Part shown: positions 62,887-64,000 of the stretch, in pieces
How the letters are laid out: each line of letters begins with the position of its first letter
Numbering within the stretch: position 1 is the first letter of the stretch
Sequence record: NC_027402.1
Reading direction: 5' to 3' (one strand)
Length of the DNA: 64,000 nt
Notes under the pieces: generated by a model
Seen by the model: the letters and a program-made list of their open reading frames with translations, nothing else
Told to the model about the DNA's origin: nothing
Databases searched by the model: none
Made by a program: the position numbers and the translations under genes

Positions 62887-64000
62887 ATGGGGTTGTATAC
62901 AGAACCTTCAATGGAACTGCTCTGCCAACAAATTGTGCGTGACAATCCCGGTTTAGCAGGAAAAATCACTGCTGACTCCATTGGGGTCAGGGGTGTTCCT
63001 GTTGCGAAAAACGTTAACGGACGAAACACACAGATTACGTTGGTAGGAAAACCCGGTAAAGGATTTGCTGGGGAAATAACGGTATATTACGACCGGTTGA
63101 ATCTGGCCAGTCTGTTCAAGTCTGGCCCGAATACGGTGAGTATTCCACGTAGCGCACAAACCCATGCGGAAACGTTACCGGCGTTCAATGAATTGAACGG
63201 GTTGAACTTAACCGCGAGTGACATCACCAGTCCAAACGTTGCATTAATGAAATACGCTACGCCGGAAACTATAACTCTGACGGCGCACGCTAACTCCTTG
63301 TGTTATACCGGGTCATGCAAGATGACCTATGTTTACGAACCGATTGCGATGTATCCGAAGTCGGGTCCTGGGCCAAAAGGATTAATGGCTGGTAATGAGT
63401 TATACGGATTCTTTGGGCTGGTAAGCGCGGAAGAGTTATTCACATCTGATGAAATGGTGTATGCCCTCTATAACGGCACCAACTGGCCTAACCGCTACGC
63501 TATCAAGTGGCTCAAATTCTTTCTGAATGGGGCGGTAGTGTTTGTTCCGACCCGTGCGATTTGCAACGTTACCTGGGCAGACCTGTACAACAAGGGTGCA
63601 ATATTTGATTCCGGAGACGCAGGACCTCGCCCGAAGTCGACTTACACACCTGTCGATGTTGAACAGTTGAAATACATGGTAAAACGGGATGATGAAGGAA
63701 CGCATTATTTCAGAATGTCTATCCCGTATTACACCGAGAACGCCGCCGCGCCTGATTGGAGTAAACCGCCGTCAATCACCTCTATCCTGTCACTGACCAG
63801 CAAATTGGGGTCGGTGAACGTATATGGGGAATGGGGAACTCTTAGCACGACTGATGCTAACTTCCTGGATTACGTGTGGTTACGACACCAGTTCGGTGCC
63901 GACCAAGCGTATTACCAGTCTATCAGTGGGAGCTATCGTTCATACACCTACATTTACACCTCTTCTGGCTTTTGGCCAATCTTGGAGATGTTTGATGTTG
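62887..64000 (+). CDS. 3'-truncated virion protein (N-anchor plus GPGP domain), absent from ORF track
   Basis: SD GGAG; MGLYTEPSMELL...ITVYYDRLNLASLF...SGPGPKGLMAGNELYGFFG; frame appears open to the window end. Confidence 0.75.
   Translation, partial: MGLYTEPSMELLCQQIVRDNPGLAGKITADSIGVRGVPVAKNVNGRNTQITLVGKPGKGFAGEITVYYDRLNLASLFKSGPNTVSIPRSAQTHAETLPAFNELNGLNLTASDITSPNVALMKYATPETITLTAHANSLCYTGSCKMTYVYEPIAMYPKSGPGPKGLMAGNELYGFFGLVSAEELFTSDEMVYALYNGTNWPNRYAIKWLKFFLNGAVVFVPTRAICNVTWADLYNKGAIFDSGDAGPRPKSTYTPVDVEQLKYMVKRDDEGTHYFRMSIPYYTENAAAPDWSKPPSITSILSLTSKLGSVNVYGEWGTLSTTDANFLDYVWLRHQFGADQAYYQSISGSYRSYTYIYTSSGFWPILEMFDV

Noticed and set aside
439-63705. Numerous 60-170 aa ORF-track entries nested in or antisense to called genes
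   Set aside because: They have no SD or motif and are fully overlapped by better-supported genes in a strongly + strand-biased genome.
1-64000. CRISPR array, tRNA genes, transposases, introns or inteins
   Set aside because: The repeats are dispersed promoters and terminators, not regularly spaced repeat-spacer units. I saw no cloverleaf or T-loop signature, and the helicase, RNAP subunit and portal are uninterrupted. This was judged by eye; tRNAscan-SE and Infernal would be decisive.

Overview
This window is a 64-kb segment of a lytic phiKZ-related jumbo myophage (Chimalliviridae), most likely a close relative of Salmonella phage SPN3US. The assignment rests on synteny and on AxE maturation sites at residues I recall for SPN3US (capsid ATE-130; portal ATE-161 and AQE-254), not on a database search. 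Core block (1-23 kb): tail/baseplate-type genes, DnaB-like helicase (minus strand), major capsid protein, a split beta-type RNA polymerase subunit, portal (minus strand), baseplate-type genes and a RuvC-like resolvase. Accessory block (23-53 kb): five GNAT-fold genes, Dam methyltransferase, thymidylate kinase, an HTH protein, a SLOG/DprA-like protein, a QueC-like PP-loop protein next to a DUF488-like gene, a degenerate prohead-protease paralog, and a terminator-bounded three-gene cassette ending in a 1005-aa protein with GH8-type glycoside hydrolase motifs. Tail block (53-64 kb): 11 modular tail/fibre-type paralogs. Regulatory DNA is very legible, with 8 copies of a phage early-promoter motif, conserved hairpin leaders and many UUCG terminators. 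No tRNA, CRISPR array, intron or transposase was seen. Best leads: the GH8-like cassette, the GNAT-Dam-GNAT-GNAT operon, the QueC-like/DUF488-like pair, and two tandem 48-aa peptides lying antisense to the helicase 3' region, each carrying an exact TAGGAGGTGA. All functional calls come from motifs read by eye.
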